A stretch of 64,000 nt of DNA from an uncultured delta proteobacterium (GTDB taxonomy: Bacteria; Desulfobacterota; Desulfobacteria; Desulfobacterales; Desulfosalsimonadaceae). The notes below the pieces were generated by a model. It did no database searches, had not been told where the DNA came from, and saw only the letters and a list, made by a program, of their open reading frames with translations. This document shows positions 1 to 10,665 of the stretch, one piece after another (position 1 is the stretch's first letter; each line of letters opens with the position of its first letter). The DNA lies in contig CAWGYD010000005.1 in the NCBI GenBank assembly GCA_963826785.1, positions 32,001-96,000 on the forward strand, read 5' to 3'. A program made the translations under genes and the position numbers.

Positions 1-1011
1 TTCTGCCGGTGATAAAACATGCGCTGCCGCATCCAGCTTGATCGCTTCCTGGGGCATCCCGAAAACCACCGATGTTTCCATGTTCTGCACGATGGTCAGC
101 GCGCCGGCGGAATTCATCTCTTTAAGACCGACGGAACCGTCATTTCCCATCCCCGTCAGCAGAACGCCCATGGCATTTGATCCGAAGATGCGGGATACGG
201 ATGAAAACAGGTGGGTGATGGGGCGCCGCATCAGGACAATGTGTTTATGACGACTGAGGAAAATCTGGCGGGCGGGCGTGATTTCCATGTAGTGATCCTC
301 AGGCGCGAAGTACACATGGCCTTTCACCAGGCTGTCGCCTGTTCTGGCGATTTTCAGACAAAGGGCCGTTGATTTGGACAGCCAGTTCAGCATGCCTTCC
401 AGAAATCCCAGGGAGATGTGCTGGACGATCAGGATGGGAATGGGAAAATCTTCCGGCAGCCCGGCAAGAAGGGTCTGCAGCACGGGCGGGCCTCCGGTGG
501 ACGCACCGATGGCAATGAGTTCGATGCGGTCGGATTCATCCTGGCGGACGGACACCGGCGGCATTTTGTCGGCTGTTGATTTTCGGTGCCGGGGTTTGAG
601 CCGCCGGACCACCTTGATCTCAGACATCAGCTTGACGGTCCGGACCAGTTTTTCCACCAGCACTTCGGATTCGGGATGCCCGATGCCGGGCGGTTTCTGG
701 GAGACCGCCACCGCCCCGGCCTTCATGGCCTGAAAGATATTTCCCGTCTGATCCGGGGCCACCAGGGTACTGTGAATCACGATGGGTACCGGGCTTTTCT
801 CCATGATGGCCAGGGTGGCATCATACCCGTTCATTTCCGGCATCTGTATGTCCATGATGATGACACTGGGTTTGAGCTGCTGGGCCAGCACAACCGCTTC
901 TTTGCCGTTTTTGGCAAGGCCCGCCAGCCTCAGATCCGGCTCGGATTCGATGATGTGCCTCAGGTATTCACGGGTGGTCAGGGAATCATCCACTACCAGT
1001 ACGTCGATCAT
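1..1011 (-). CDS. cheB: Chemotaxis methylesterase CheB/WspF (REC + methylesterase); runs off the left edge
   Basis: Translated by hand from the ATG at 1011 (ATGA overlap with the upstream stop): MIDVLVVDDS...MDIQMP (REC), then IAIGASTGGP, IVQHI, LTGMGNDG and SVVFGMP. Not in the ORF track because there is no stop in the window. Confidence 0.93.
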   Translation of the reverse strand, partial: MIDVLVVDDSLTTREYLRHIIESEPDLRLAGLAKNGKEAVVLAQQLKPSVIIMDIQMPEMNGYDATLAIMEKSPVPIVIHSTLVAPDQTGNIFQAMKAGAVAVSQKPPGIGHPESEVLVEKLVRTVKLMSEIKVVRRLKPRHRKSTADKMPPVSVRQDESDRIELIAIGASTGGPPVLQTLLAGLPEDFPIPILIVQHISLGFLEGMLNWLSKSTALCLKIARTGDSLVKGHVYFAPEDHYMEITPARQIFLSRHKHIVLMRRPITHLFSSVSRIFGSNAMGVLLTGMGNDGSVGLKEMNSAGALTIVQNMETSVVFGMPQEAIKLDAAAHVLSPAE

Positions 1012-1940
1012 ATGGATGTCCCTATGCTCTGATTTCTTCCTTTTGATTTGGCCTCATAGAGGCAGCGGTCCGCCGCTTTGATCATTTCTTCGGTATCGAT
1101 GTCCGATGTTTCGCTCCCTTCCGTGAGGGAGGCGATGCCGAAGCTGGCCGTGATTTGGATCATGTCGCCGTTTGCAGGCGTTTGCGCCTCCGAGACCAGT
1201 TGGCGGCAGCGCTCGGCTACGGCCGTTGCGCCATTCAGGTCGGTTTCGGGCAGCACGATGATGAACTCCTCCCCGCCGTACCGGGCCATCCAGTCAAGAT
1301 CCTTTCTTAAGCTGGTGTCGATGATGCGCGCAAATGATTGCAACACCTTGTCTCCCACCTGGTGGCCGTACTGGTCATTCACCCGCTTGAAATGATCGAT
1401 ATCGCAGATGATGACGGCCAGGGGAGAAAGATACCGCACCGCCCGCTTGAAGGCCTTGGGCAGGTTTTCATTCAAATAGCCGCGGTTGAACACGCGGGTG
1501 AGGGGATCGGTGATGGAGAGCAGCGCAATTTCCCGGTTGCGCTGCTTCAGGGATGCTTCCAGGCGGATAACCCGCTCGGCGGTGGTGAGCCGGGCGATCA
1601 ACTCCGCATCATCCACCGGCTTGGTCAGGTAATCGTCCGCCCCGGCTTCAAGCCCTTCGATGATGTCGAGTTTGGAATCCTTGGCCGTGAGCAGAATGAT
1701 GTAGACATACCCGCCGAAATCATGCTTGCGGATGGCCCGGCAGAGTTCCGACCCGTCCATTTCCGGCATGATCCAGTCGGTGATGACGATGGAAATCTGG
1801 GTGCTCAGCAGGGTGTTCATGGCCTCGAGCCCGTTTTGAACATGGGTGACAGGGTAGCCGTGGCTTTCCAGCATGAGCTGAAATTTCAGCGCCTGGGTCC
1901 GGCTGTCTTCCACCAGGAGTATTTCCAGATCTTTTGTCAT
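1008..1940 (-). CDS. Response-regulator diguanylate cyclase (REC-GGDEF, WspR/PleD-like)
   Basis: REC motifs LLVEDS and DWIMP; GGDEF-domain motifs TDPLT, DIDHFKRVND and RYGGEEF. Confidence 0.93.
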   Translation of the reverse strand: MTKDLEILLVEDSRTQALKFQLMLESHGYPVTHVQNGLEAMNTLLSTQISIVITDWIMPEMDGSELCRAIRKHDFGGYVYIILLTAKDSKLDIIEGLEAGADDYLTKPVDDAELIARLTTAERVIRLEASLKQRNREIALLSITDPLTRVFNRGYLNENLPKAFKRAVRYLSPLAVIICDIDHFKRVNDQYGHQVGDKVLQSFARIIDTSLRKDLDWMARYGGEEFIIVLPETDLNGATAVAERCRQLVSEAQTPANGDMIQITASFGIASLTEGSETSDIDTEEMIKAADRCLYEAKSKGRNQSIGTSI

Positions 1941-2028
1941 GAATTTAGTTATCCTGATTTGAATTATGCTAAATCAGCGGCCAGACGAAAACCGTCCATT
2001 TGCCCATATCCTGGTTTTCATCTGGCCG

Positions 2029-4425
2029 CTAAATTAACCGGTTGAGGACTTCGAGCAGATTGCTCTTGTCAAAATTGTTTTTTACGATATAGGCGTCCGC
2101 CCCCGCATCGACACCCCGTTCCCGGTCGGAGCGGGAATCCAGGCTGGTGACCAGGATTACGGGCAGATGGGAGAGCGACTTGTCTTTACGGATGGCTTCG
2201 GTCAATTCGAACCCGTTCATATTGGGCATCTCCACATCCGAGACCACGGCATCATACGTCCCGGATTTGAGGCATTGCAATCCGTCCGCCCCGTCAATCG
2301 ATGTCTGCACTAAAAATCCGGAGGCTTCCAGAATGTTCTTGAGCAGGGTCCTTGAGGTAAATGAATCTTCCACCACCAGCACGGATCTGGATGATGCATA
2401 ATCCGGCTGAGAATGCACATCGATGACCGCCGCTGGAACGGCGCTTTCGGTGGCGGACTTGATCAGATCATTTACATTGATGATCGGGACCACGCGGCCG
2501 CTTCCCAGGATGGTGGCGCCGGAGATGTTGGTGACCCGCCGCAGCTGTTTTCCCAGGGACTTGACCAGAATGGCCTGCTCCTGAATGATCCTGTCTACAA
2601 TAACGGCCATTTCCTTATCTGCGCTGCTGATAAGGATGGCCGGCAGCCCCCCTGAATGCCGGGAAAAGGAAGCAGGCGTCTTCTCAGCGGCTGGAATTTT
2701 CAGGACATCGCCCAGATCAACCAGAGACAGCGCGCGCCCGTTGAAGGAGAGGACACTGCGGTTTTCCGCCGTCTTGATATTCGCCGGATCGATATTCAGG
2801 GTGTGATTGACAAATGCATTGGGGATGATGAAAAAGTGGCCCCGGGTTAAGACCAGTATCCCCCGGTAGGTGGTAAGCGTCACGGGAAGATCGACAATAA
2901 AGGCACTTCCCCGGCCGGGTTCGTTATTAACGCGAAGGGTGCCGCCGAGCCGTTCGATAACATCCTGAACGATGGCCATCCCGAGCCCACGGCCGGATAT
3001 TTCGTCGATGATGGGGCTGGTGGAGATTCCCGAATGAAAGATCAGGGCGAGGGCTTCATCTTCGGGTATGTTTTTGGCATTTTCGGCGGTCATGATGCCG
3101 GCCTTGACGGCCCTGGCCTTGATGGCGCCGATATCGATTCCGCAGCCATCATCGGACAGCTCGATTTCCACCCGGCTGCTTTCGGGTTGACGGGCGATCA
3201 CCCGGATCCGCCCCCAGGATTTTTTGCGGCTCTTTTCACGAATGACGGGAAGCTCGATGCCATGGTCCACGGCATTTCGAAGCAGGTGAATCAGGGGATC
3301 TTTGAGGCCTTCGAGAATCCGTTTATCCACTTCGATATCGCCGCCGGCGAGTTCGACTTCGACTTCCTTGCCCCGCTGCCGGGCGATTTCCCGGACCATC
3401 CGGGGAATCAGGGCGAACAGGGTGGAAAAGGGGAGAAGCGAGGTCTTTTTCATTTCGTCCAGCAGGTCGTCCACCAGGGCGCCGATGGTCCGGGTATCGA
3501 GTTCCAGCGAGGCGGAAAGCGCGTTGATCTGCTCATAGACGTTTTGCAGATGCGCCTGCCCGGATTCGATAAAGCCGGTAATCCGCTTGCCGGCAAAACC
3601 ATTGGTACCGGCATTTTTGTTCCGGGCCTGGCTTTTGAGTTCGGGCATGATGCGTTTATACTGTTTGCGCCAGTGGCGAAGGATGTCATCGACCCGATGC
3701 ATCCTGAACAGGTGCTGATTGAGGATCTGCTTGATTGAAATCAGCTCTTCTGTTTTCAGCAACAGGCTGTCGAGCTTGGCCGTCGATATGCGCACGGTTT
3801 CGGAAAACAGCGGCTTGGGCCCGGTTGCGCAAGGCGATGGCGTCGACGGGCCGGAAGGCAGCGGCGGGGTTGTCCAGTTGTGATCATCTTCGGGTTCGGG
3901 ATCATCATTGAACTGAACCTGAGCGGGTGAAGAAGTAGTTCCCCGCGTTTTTGAGCGCAAATCGCCGGGATTTGAAATCCTGGCCACGTCTGCCGGCATT
4001 TTCGGCGAGTCCCCGCCGGCGATGGCGCTCTGGATGGCGATCAGCGTTTGCGCGGCCTTTTCAAACTGCGGATTGAGTTGATTGCGCCCGGATTCATCGG
4101 CGGCGATATAGGTTTCGATCAGGGCGGTCGATTCATGGAGGATGTCAAAAAGAGCGGGCGTAAATCCGGATTTCTGCTGTTTCAGCTCGCTGAAGAGGGT
4201 TTCCATGACCTGGCACAGGGATTCGATTGCGGGGATGTTGACCGACCGGGCAGCCCCTTTGAGGCTGTGGGCTTCCCGATAAATGATTTCCACAATCTTT
4301 TCAGATCTGTCCGCATCGTCTGTCTTTTCCAGTTCCGTGAGCCTGGAGAACAGGTTCTCGATGCGTTCGCACGCCTCCTCGGCAAAGGCTTCCAGCAGCT
4401 GTCGTTGCAGTTCCTCTGTATTCAT
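2029..4425 (-). CDS. cheA: Hybrid CheA histidine kinase with C-terminal receiver (WspE-like)
   Basis: Hpt motif REAHSLKG; HATPase motifs HLLRNAVDHGIE, DDGCG and SGRGLG; CheW domain; C-terminal REC (VVEDS, DVEMP). Confidence 0.93.
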   Translation of the reverse strand: MNTEELQRQLLEAFAEEACERIENLFSRLTELEKTDDADRSEKIVEIIYREAHSLKGAARSVNIPAIESLCQVMETLFSELKQQKSGFTPALFDILHESTALIETYIAADESGRNQLNPQFEKAAQTLIAIQSAIAGGDSPKMPADVARISNPGDLRSKTRGTTSSPAQVQFNDDPEPEDDHNWTTPPLPSGPSTPSPCATGPKPLFSETVRISTAKLDSLLLKTEELISIKQILNQHLFRMHRVDDILRHWRKQYKRIMPELKSQARNKNAGTNGFAGKRITGFIESGQAHLQNVYEQINALSASLELDTRTIGALVDDLLDEMKKTSLLPFSTLFALIPRMVREIARQRGKEVEVELAGGDIEVDKRILEGLKDPLIHLLRNAVDHGIELPVIREKSRKKSWGRIRVIARQPESSRVEIELSDDGCGIDIGAIKARAVKAGIMTAENAKNIPEDEALALIFHSGISTSPIIDEISGRGLGMAIVQDVIERLGGTLRVNNEPGRGSAFIVDLPVTLTTYRGILVLTRGHFFIIPNAFVNHTLNIDPANIKTAENRSVLSFNGRALSLVDLGDVLKIPAAEKTPASFSRHSGGLPAILISSADKEMAVIVDRIIQEQAILVKSLGKQLRRVTNISGATILGSGRVVPIINVNDLIKSATESAVPAAVIDVHSQPDYASSRSVLVVEDSFTSRTLLKNILEASGFLVQTSIDGADGLQCLKSGTYDAVVSDVEMPNMNGFELTEAIRKDKSLSHLPVILVTSLDSRSDRERGVDAGADAYIVKNNFDKSNLLEVLNRLI

Positions 4426-4441
4426 TTACGTCAAACCGCTG

Positions 4442-6413
4442 CTAAATGGTATAACTTGAAGTGATGTCTTTCATCATATGGGCCGTGGCCTCCAGCCCCT
4501 TGATGGCGTCTTCCAGCATCTTGACGCTGTCGAGGTTCTGCTGGGTCGCGTCATTGATGCTTTCCATGGCCTGGGACAGCTGGTCCATGCCGGAAAGCTG
4601 CTGCTGGTTGGATGCGGTGATCTGCATGGCCGCATTGGCGGATTCCACCACGGCTTTGGACAGGCGGTCGATGGCGTTTCCCGCCTGGTCGGAAAGTTCG
4701 ACCGCTTCCCGGACCGTCTTGGTTCCTCTTTCGGTGGCCATCACCGCCGCGGCGGTGGCCTTCTGGATGTCTTCGAGAATGGCCCGGACCTGGTTGGTGG
4801 CCTCTTTGGACTGATCCGCCAGGGATTTGACTTCCTGGGCCACCACCGCAAACCCCCGGCCGTGCTCGCCCGCTTTGGCCGCCTCTATGGCGGCGTTGAC
4901 GGAAAGAATATTGGATTGATCGGCGATATCCGAGACCGTGTTGATGATCTCTTCGATGCTCTTGGTCTGCTCGGAGAGCTGGACCGTGCTTTCGGCGATA
5001 TAATTCATTTCCTCATTGATCCGCTCGATGCCGGTCATGGTATTCTCGGTGGCCTGTTTGCCGGTGAAGGAAATCTTGGCGGTGGTGTCCGCGCTCGCGG
5101 ATACATTTTCCGCCTTTTCATTGGCGATCTGGGAGGTCTGTTTGACTTCTTCAACGGTGGTGGAGACCTCGCTGATGGAGCTCGATGTTTCCGAGGCGCT
5201 GGTGGCCAGCTGGGAGGCGGTGGTGGAAATCTGGCTGATGGAGGATACCAGCAGGTCCGTGGAATCGATCATCCGCTTGATCTGCTTCCTGAATTTCTTG
5301 ATGGTTTCATTATAGGTTTTGATCAGCAGCCCGATCTCATCCGAGCGGTCCTTATTGGCCATGGTCATTTCAGGGGTGAAAGTTGCCGTCATTGAGCATG
5401 ACGATCCGGTAGGAGAGATCGTTTATGGGACGTGCGATCATGGTCGACTGGAGATATCCCACCAGTGCGACCAGCACGATGAGCACGATCACCGTCCAGA
5501 AGGTGTTGACCCCCATTTTGTGAAGCAGATTGAATGCCTCCGTCCGGTCCACCTTGGTGACAATGGCCCAGTCGAAATCCGTCCCGATTTTTTCATTGAG
5601 CCCCAGGTCGGAATAGGCGCTCAGCACGGCCACCCCCCGGTAATCATGAATGCTCTGGGTCCCCGACCGGTGCTGCAGGGCCGGACCGACCGCTTCGGCA
5701 TTGACAATCCGGGTCAGGGTGGTCGGCTCCGTGCTGAAGCGTGAATCAGTGCGCATGTAGAGGTCTTCGCCCGCCAGGTAGGTCTCCCCGGTTTCTCCCA
5801 TTCCGGTGGAATCCAGCACCAGCGCATTGATCTGGGACGCATTGATCTGAAAGATCAGCACGGCCGTCAGTTCTCCGATATCGCCATAAACCGGGGCCCC
5901 CATGAACATGGCGGGGGGCGCATCGGTTTGATAGGTGATGATATCCGTCAGAAGGGGTTCTTCGGTTTCCATGATCTTTTTCCACAGACGCGTGGTATAG
6001 GCATTCTGATCCGGAGATACGGCCGGATCGATTTGATATTCATGGTTGGAGGCCGCCGAATAGAGCGGGTGGCCGGTTTCATTGAGCACGATGATATCGT
6101 TGTATCCGAAGACCTTCATGTAATAATCGAACAGCGGATTCATTTCCTGGTAGGTCCGGTTGTTGAGCATGGTCCGGATATGCTGGGACCGCGACAGCAG
6201 GATGAGATTGTTCAAACGGTCCCGGATAAAGCCCAGGGTCTGCTCCTGCTTGATCTTGTTGATGGAGGCGATATGGCTGAAGGCCTGGGCTTCCAATGCC
6301 TCCCTGGAGAAAAAATAGGTCAGTGAGCCAAGAACGATCAGTGGGATCAAGCCCACGATGAAAAACTGGATGATCAGCTTGGCCATGATGCTTCTCTTGA
6401 TATACCGGATCAT
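4442..6413 (-). CDS. Methyl-accepting chemotaxis protein (TM-periplasmic Cache-like-TM-HAMP-signalling), frameshifted near 5385
   Basis: ORF 5370..6413 has two TM segments and a HAMP start. ORF 4442..5392 continues the HAMP (DEIG) and has the signalling motif [20 protein letters not shown]. One extra base joins the two. Confidence 0.88.
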
Positions 6414-6467
6414 AGAAATCTCCTTATCGAAAAACCGACTTTACTGAAAAAAGATTTGAAACCGTTT

Positions 6468-7025
6468 CTATTCGTATGCATCCTGATCGATGCGCATCTT
6501 GGGGTCGGACAGAATTTTTCCGCCATCGATGATGACCAGGCCCTCGGCGGTCACCCCCTTCAGATAGGCCGAACGGACGCCGGTCAGCGTGGGCAGGGAT
6601 GGCTGGAGGGTATTTCGCGGTATGGATCTGACCCCGACGATCTCATCGGCGATGATCCCGAATTCCATATCCGTTTTTGAAAGGATGATCACATGGCCTT
6701 TGTCCGCGCTTTCACGACCGGGAAGGTCGAAAAAAAGCTTCAGATCGATCACGGATATGATTTCTCCCCGGTAATTGATAATGCCGACGATAAAATCGGG
6801 AAGCCCGGGGATGTAGGTGACCGTCTTTAGCGGTTCGATGATGCGGATACGGGACAATTCAATGCCATAGAATTCCCGGGCCAGTCGAAAAACCACCACC
6901 TCCAGGCCATCTGCCGTCCGGGCGGCATCGCTGATGCGGATGCCCCGGGCCAGGCGTTCCGCCCGGGCTTTCAAAATATCCGCCGGCGTCGATGAAACAA
7001 GATGTAGAAAACCGGTTTTTCGCAT
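6468..7025 (-). CDS. cheW: CheW adaptor (WspD-like)
   Basis: VVFRLAREFYGI, IPGLPDFIVGIINYRGEII and FGIIADEI. Confidence 0.88.
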   Translation of the reverse strand: MRKTGFLHLVSSTPADILKARAERLARGIRISDAARTADGLEVVVFRLAREFYGIELSRIRIIEPLKTVTYIPGLPDFIVGIINYRGEIISVIDLKLFFDLPGRESADKGHVIILSKTDMEFGIIADEIVGVRSIPRNTLQPSLPTLTGVRSAYLKGVTAEGLVIIDGGKILSDPKMRIDQDAYE

Positions 7026-7031
7026 AGGGGT

Positions 7032-8522
7032 TTAATTGATCATGTTTTTGATGGTTTCCATCAACCGGCGGCTGGTCAATCCTTCGGAGTGGGGCAGGAT
7101 GTCATCCGGGTCCCTGGACTGCAAAAGCGCCAGTGCATTTTGAAAACTCCTGCGGTTTTCAGCCAGCCGCTTCTCCTTTTGCATCAGCAGGCCGAGCAGG
7201 AAATGGGCCATGATAAATTCCGGATCCAGGTACAGCGACTGCTTTACCGCCCGTATGGCGGACGCCGTTTCCCCTGAAGCCTGAAACAGAGTGGCCATCA
7301 GATAGTAAATTTCCGGGTTGAGTTTTTCAGAGGCGAGGGCCTTCGCGCACCATTTGCGGGCGCAGCCCAGATCCCCCAGGTTGGCGTGCGCTTTTGCCAG
7401 AAGGGTCATGGACTGGGTTTTCATGAGAAACGCTTTATCCGCAGTTGCCTGATTGGACAAAAGCGGCGTCAGCAGATCCACACACCCTGCATATGTTCCC
7501 CGTTCATAGGCGGCCAGGGCATCCTGGAAGATTTCGACAGCCGGGCGGGTTTCGTTTTGCGTATCGGTGATGCGCCGGATGTTGGTATGACTTTTCTTCC
7601 GGTCGGACCTAGTGTCCGGCGGGCGCAGGGTCATTTCAGGCGGCCGGACATCCTGCGCATCATCGCGTTCCCGGGATCTGGGCATTCCTTTTCGATAAAA
7701 TATGGCATTGGGAAATCGGACCGGGGTCAGGCCGGGCGTCTTGACGAACCCGGATTCCGCCGGGCCGGTGATGAGCCATCCGTTGGCGACCAGCATCTGC
7801 GCAAGGCTGCCGAGCACGTGGTCGCGGCTGTGGGCATCAAAATACATCAGCACGTTCCGGCACAGGATGATATCGACGGGTTCAGCGCAATTGAGCCGGG
7901 CGCCCAGGTCCCGATCCGCCAGGTTCAGCTGGGTAAACCGTACCATGGAGCGGATGCGGGGCGACAGCTCGAAGCGGTTTCCGGAAAGCGGGGTGAAATA
8001 TTTTTCGATGATCTCATCCGGTGTTTCCCGGAGCGACCAGGGGGTATAAATGCCTTTTTCGGCTTTTTTTAAGGATTCCGGGTTGATGTCGCTTCCGATG
8101 ATGGTGATATCCCATCGCCTGAGGCGGGGAAGGGCATGGTCGATCAGAATAGCGATGGAATAGGGCTCCTCGCCAGTGGCGCAGCCCGCGCTCCAGAAAA
8201 TCAGCTTTTCAATGCCGCGCCGGGGGTTTTGGACAAGTCCTCGGAAAATATGATCCTTCAATATCTGGAAAAAATTTTTATCCCGCAGGAAATACGTTTC
8301 ACCCACGGTGAGATGCCCGATCACCGTATCGAGAAGTTCGGGCGAGGGGGGAGACGTCATGAACAGGTCGATGAACTCGCCAATTTCATAATCGAGTCGG
8401 GCGGCGGCGGTCTTCATCCCCTTGGATAACGTCTGCCATTTTTTTTCGGGAAAATGCAGCCCGGTATGCTCAAGGATATACCGGCTGAGCTGATCCAGCT
8501 GGTGATCCGCAATATCATTCAT
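7032..8522 (-). CDS. cheR: CheR methyltransferase with C-terminal TPRs (WspC-like)
   Basis: GETYFLRD, WSAGCATGEEPYS and DIILCRNVLMYF; TPR-like tail (SLYLDPEFIMAHF). Confidence 0.92.
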   Translation of the reverse strand: MNDIADHQLDQLSRYILEHTGLHFPEKKWQTLSKGMKTAAARLDYEIGEFIDLFMTSPPSPELLDTVIGHLTVGETYFLRDKNFFQILKDHIFRGLVQNPRRGIEKLIFWSAGCATGEEPYSIAILIDHALPRLRRWDITIIGSDINPESLKKAEKGIYTPWSLRETPDEIIEKYFTPLSGNRFELSPRIRSMVRFTQLNLADRDLGARLNCAEPVDIILCRNVLMYFDAHSRDHVLGSLAQMLVANGWLITGPAESGFVKTPGLTPVRFPNAIFYRKGMPRSRERDDAQDVRPPEMTLRPPDTRSDRKKSHTNIRRITDTQNETRPAVEIFQDALAAYERGTYAGCVDLLTPLLSNQATADKAFLMKTQSMTLLAKAHANLGDLGCARKWCAKALASEKLNPEIYYLMATLFQASGETASAIRAVKQSLYLDPEFIMAHFLLGLLMQKEKRLAENRRSFQNALALLQSRDPDDILPHSEGLTSRRLMETIKNMIN

Positions 8523-9007
8523 CAGGCAGACTCATTTTGGGCACAAACAAACGATGCGATATTTTCGATCTCATCTGCTGGAAACAGTTTTTCAATGGCA
8601 TAGATCAGCACGGTCCGGCCCTGATGCCGGGCCACGCCCGAGATGAAGTCTTCCATGCCGGGAAATATGTCTTCTGATCCCACAGTGGACTGTTCGGTCA
8701 GGGAGGCAACCTCGACGATGGCATCTGCAAAAAAGGCGACCGCGTGATTCGATATCCGGGCAATGATCATTTTGTCGTCGATCACCACCTCTTTATCCGG
8801 CAGCTTGAATTGCCTTCGAAAATCAATGACCGGCACGACCTCGCCCCGCATGTCGATCACGCCCATCAGCAGGTCCGGACCGTCATGAACAGCGGTGATC
8901 CAGACAGCGGGAATAATTTGGACCACAAATGCCACCGGTATGGCATAGTGCCGGTCTTCGGTGGTAAAGATGACGTATTGATTTTGCTCCATGACCGGTA
9001 GACCCAT
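8522..9007 (-). CDS. cheW: CheW adaptor (WspB-like)
   Basis: GVIDMRGEVVPVIDFR; first gene of the chemosensory cluster. Confidence 0.85.
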   Translation of the reverse strand: MGLPVMEQNQYVIFTTEDRHYAIPVAFVVQIIPAVWITAVHDGPDLLMGVIDMRGEVVPVIDFRRQFKLPDKEVVIDDKMIIARISNHAVAFFADAIVEVASLTEQSTVGSEDIFPGMEDFISGVARHQGRTVLIYAIEKLFPADEIENIASFVCAQNESA

Positions 9008-9065
9008 AAACAGCTTTCAAGGTACTTAACTCGGTAAATGGTTTAAAAAATGTAGTCTTTTGTTT

Positions 9066-9246
9066 CCGCAGGTCCGACACCCCCCTTCGCCCCCCTTGTA
9101 TGGGAATTAAAAGGGGGATCCTTGCGGCTGAAAAATTCCTTACTGCAAAAACATGGCGCAGCGGCCTGATCCCCCCTTGAGGGGGGGATTAAAGGGGGGT
9201 GTCCTTTCGGCTGCCGCTGAAAAGTTCCTTACTGCAAAAACACCGC
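9066..9246. repeat. Dispersed intergenic REP/MITE-like element, copy 1 (two internal direct units)
   Basis: CCCCCCTT..GGG..ATTAAA.GGGGG...TTCCTTACTGCAAAAACA occurs twice (about 9090-9153 and 9170-9243). Both ends match 14290-14535 in reverse complement. Confidence 0.8.
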
Positions 9247-9390
9247 ATGACGGGGTATAATGCTTGCAATATGATGAACGGCTGATCACCGTGGCTTCAA
9301 ATTGGCACATCGTCTGTTTTTTATCAAGTAAAACATTGGTTTTCGCCCGCATTGGACGCGCGGGAGGGGCTCAAAACGCCCAAATGCCCC

Positions 9391-9419
9391 TTGACATCGC
9401 CGCAAGATGGGGTTAAATA
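9391..9419 (+). promoter_or_regulatory. Possible sigma70 promoter upstream of the riboswitch
   Basis: Perfect TTGACA at 9391-9396; weak -10 (TTAAAT/TAAATA) 16-17 nt downstream. Confidence 0.4.
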
Positions 9420-9449
9420 AAGACAATTTGTATTAAAAATCAAAAAATT

Positions 9450-9620
9450 ACAAGTTGCCGGGTGCCGGAAACGGCTTAAAGGGGAAGACGGTGCAAATCC
9501 GTCGTGGTCCCGCCGCTGTGAGTGGGGACGAAGGCTGCAACAGCCACTGTTTCGGGTTGACCGAAATGGGAAGGTGCAGTTAATAGAGCGATCCACAAAC
9601 CAGAAGACCTGCCCGGCAGT
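9450..9620 (+). ncRNA. Cobalamin (B12) riboswitch
   Basis: Conserved blocks GGTGC..TAAAGGGGAAGACGGTGCAAATCCG..CCCGCCGCTGTGA..GCCACTG..GGGAAGG..CCAGAAGACCTGCC. P1 pairs TGCCGGG (9456) with CCCGGCA (9612). Lies upstream of btuFCD. Confidence 0.93.
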
Positions 9621-9682
9621 GTGGTGCTTTTCCGCGCGGATACCGGTACAGCGCCATTCATCAGGATGAAGAAACTGGGTGC

Positions 9683-9727
9683 AATCCTTGAATTCCCATT
9701 AGGGGGAATCCAGGGATTTTTTTATTT
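9683..9727 (+). terminator. Intrinsic terminator / riboswitch expression platform
   Basis: Stem AATCCTTGAATTCCC / GGGAATCCAGGGATT followed by a T-run, just before the GGAGG RBS of btuF. Confidence 0.7.
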
Positions 9728-9737
9728 GGAGGCCGGC

Positions 9738-10665
9738 GTGTCTGTTTTTGGAAAAACGGTGATTGTTCTGACGATGGTCTTTGCCTTTTCATGTGCAGGC
9801 CCGGCGAAAACGGCCGATGCTGCGGACCGGGTTGTGCGGGACCAGGCCGGAAGGACCGTCCGGGTTCCGGTTTTACCCTGCCGGGTGGTATCGCTTGCCC
9901 CGAGCATCACCGAGATCATCTATGCCATCGGAGAGCAGGATCGTCTGAAAGGGGCCACCGTATACAGCAATTATCCGGCAGCCGCCAGTAGATCTGCCCC
10001 GGGTGGGCACCTATATCCACCCCGACCTGGAACGGATTGTCTCCCTGCGCCCGGACCTGTGCATCGCCATCAAGGACGGAAATCCCCGTGAAGTCGTCGA
10101 CCGGCTGGAATCGCTCGGCATACCCGTGTACGCCGTCAACCCCAGGGACCTGTCGACGATTATGGGGGCCATCATTCAAATCGGGGACCTGCTGCAGGCA
10201 AATGATCAGGCACAGCAACGGGTTGCCGGTATGAAAAAGCGGATCGAGCGGGTCAGGGCGCTGACATCCTGCATCCCCCACCGGCCGAAGGTGTTTTTTC
10301 AGATCGGGGTGGCCCCGATCATATCCGCCGGCTCGGACACCTTCATCCATGAGATGATCGAACTGGCCGGCGGAGTGAACCTGGCCGCCGAAAGCACCGG
10401 CTACCCGGCATTTTCAATGGAAGAGGTCCTGGTAATGGCGCCGGAAGTCATGATCATCACCACCATGGCCAGGGAAAACGTCTTCGACCAGGTGATGGAC
10501 AGGTGGCGCAGATGGCCGCAGATTCCGGCGGTGAAAGATGACCGGATCTACCTGGTGGACTCGGACCTTTTCGATCGGCCCACCCCGCGCCTGGTGGATG
10601 CCCTGGAAGAACTGGTCCGTCTCATTCACCCGGAATTGAACCTGAACCCGCCCGGATCCTCGTGA
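9738..10665 (+). CDS. btuF: Cobalamin ABC transporter substrate-binding protein, frameshifted near 9990
   Basis: GTG at 9738 after GGAGG; RVVSLAPSITEI, then in the shifted frame LPRVGTYIHPDLERIVSLRPD and DLFDRPTPRL. Confidence 0.85.

Noticed and set aside
9301..9320. TTGGCAC as a sigma54 promoter
   Set aside because: No TTGC -12 element at the required spacing.
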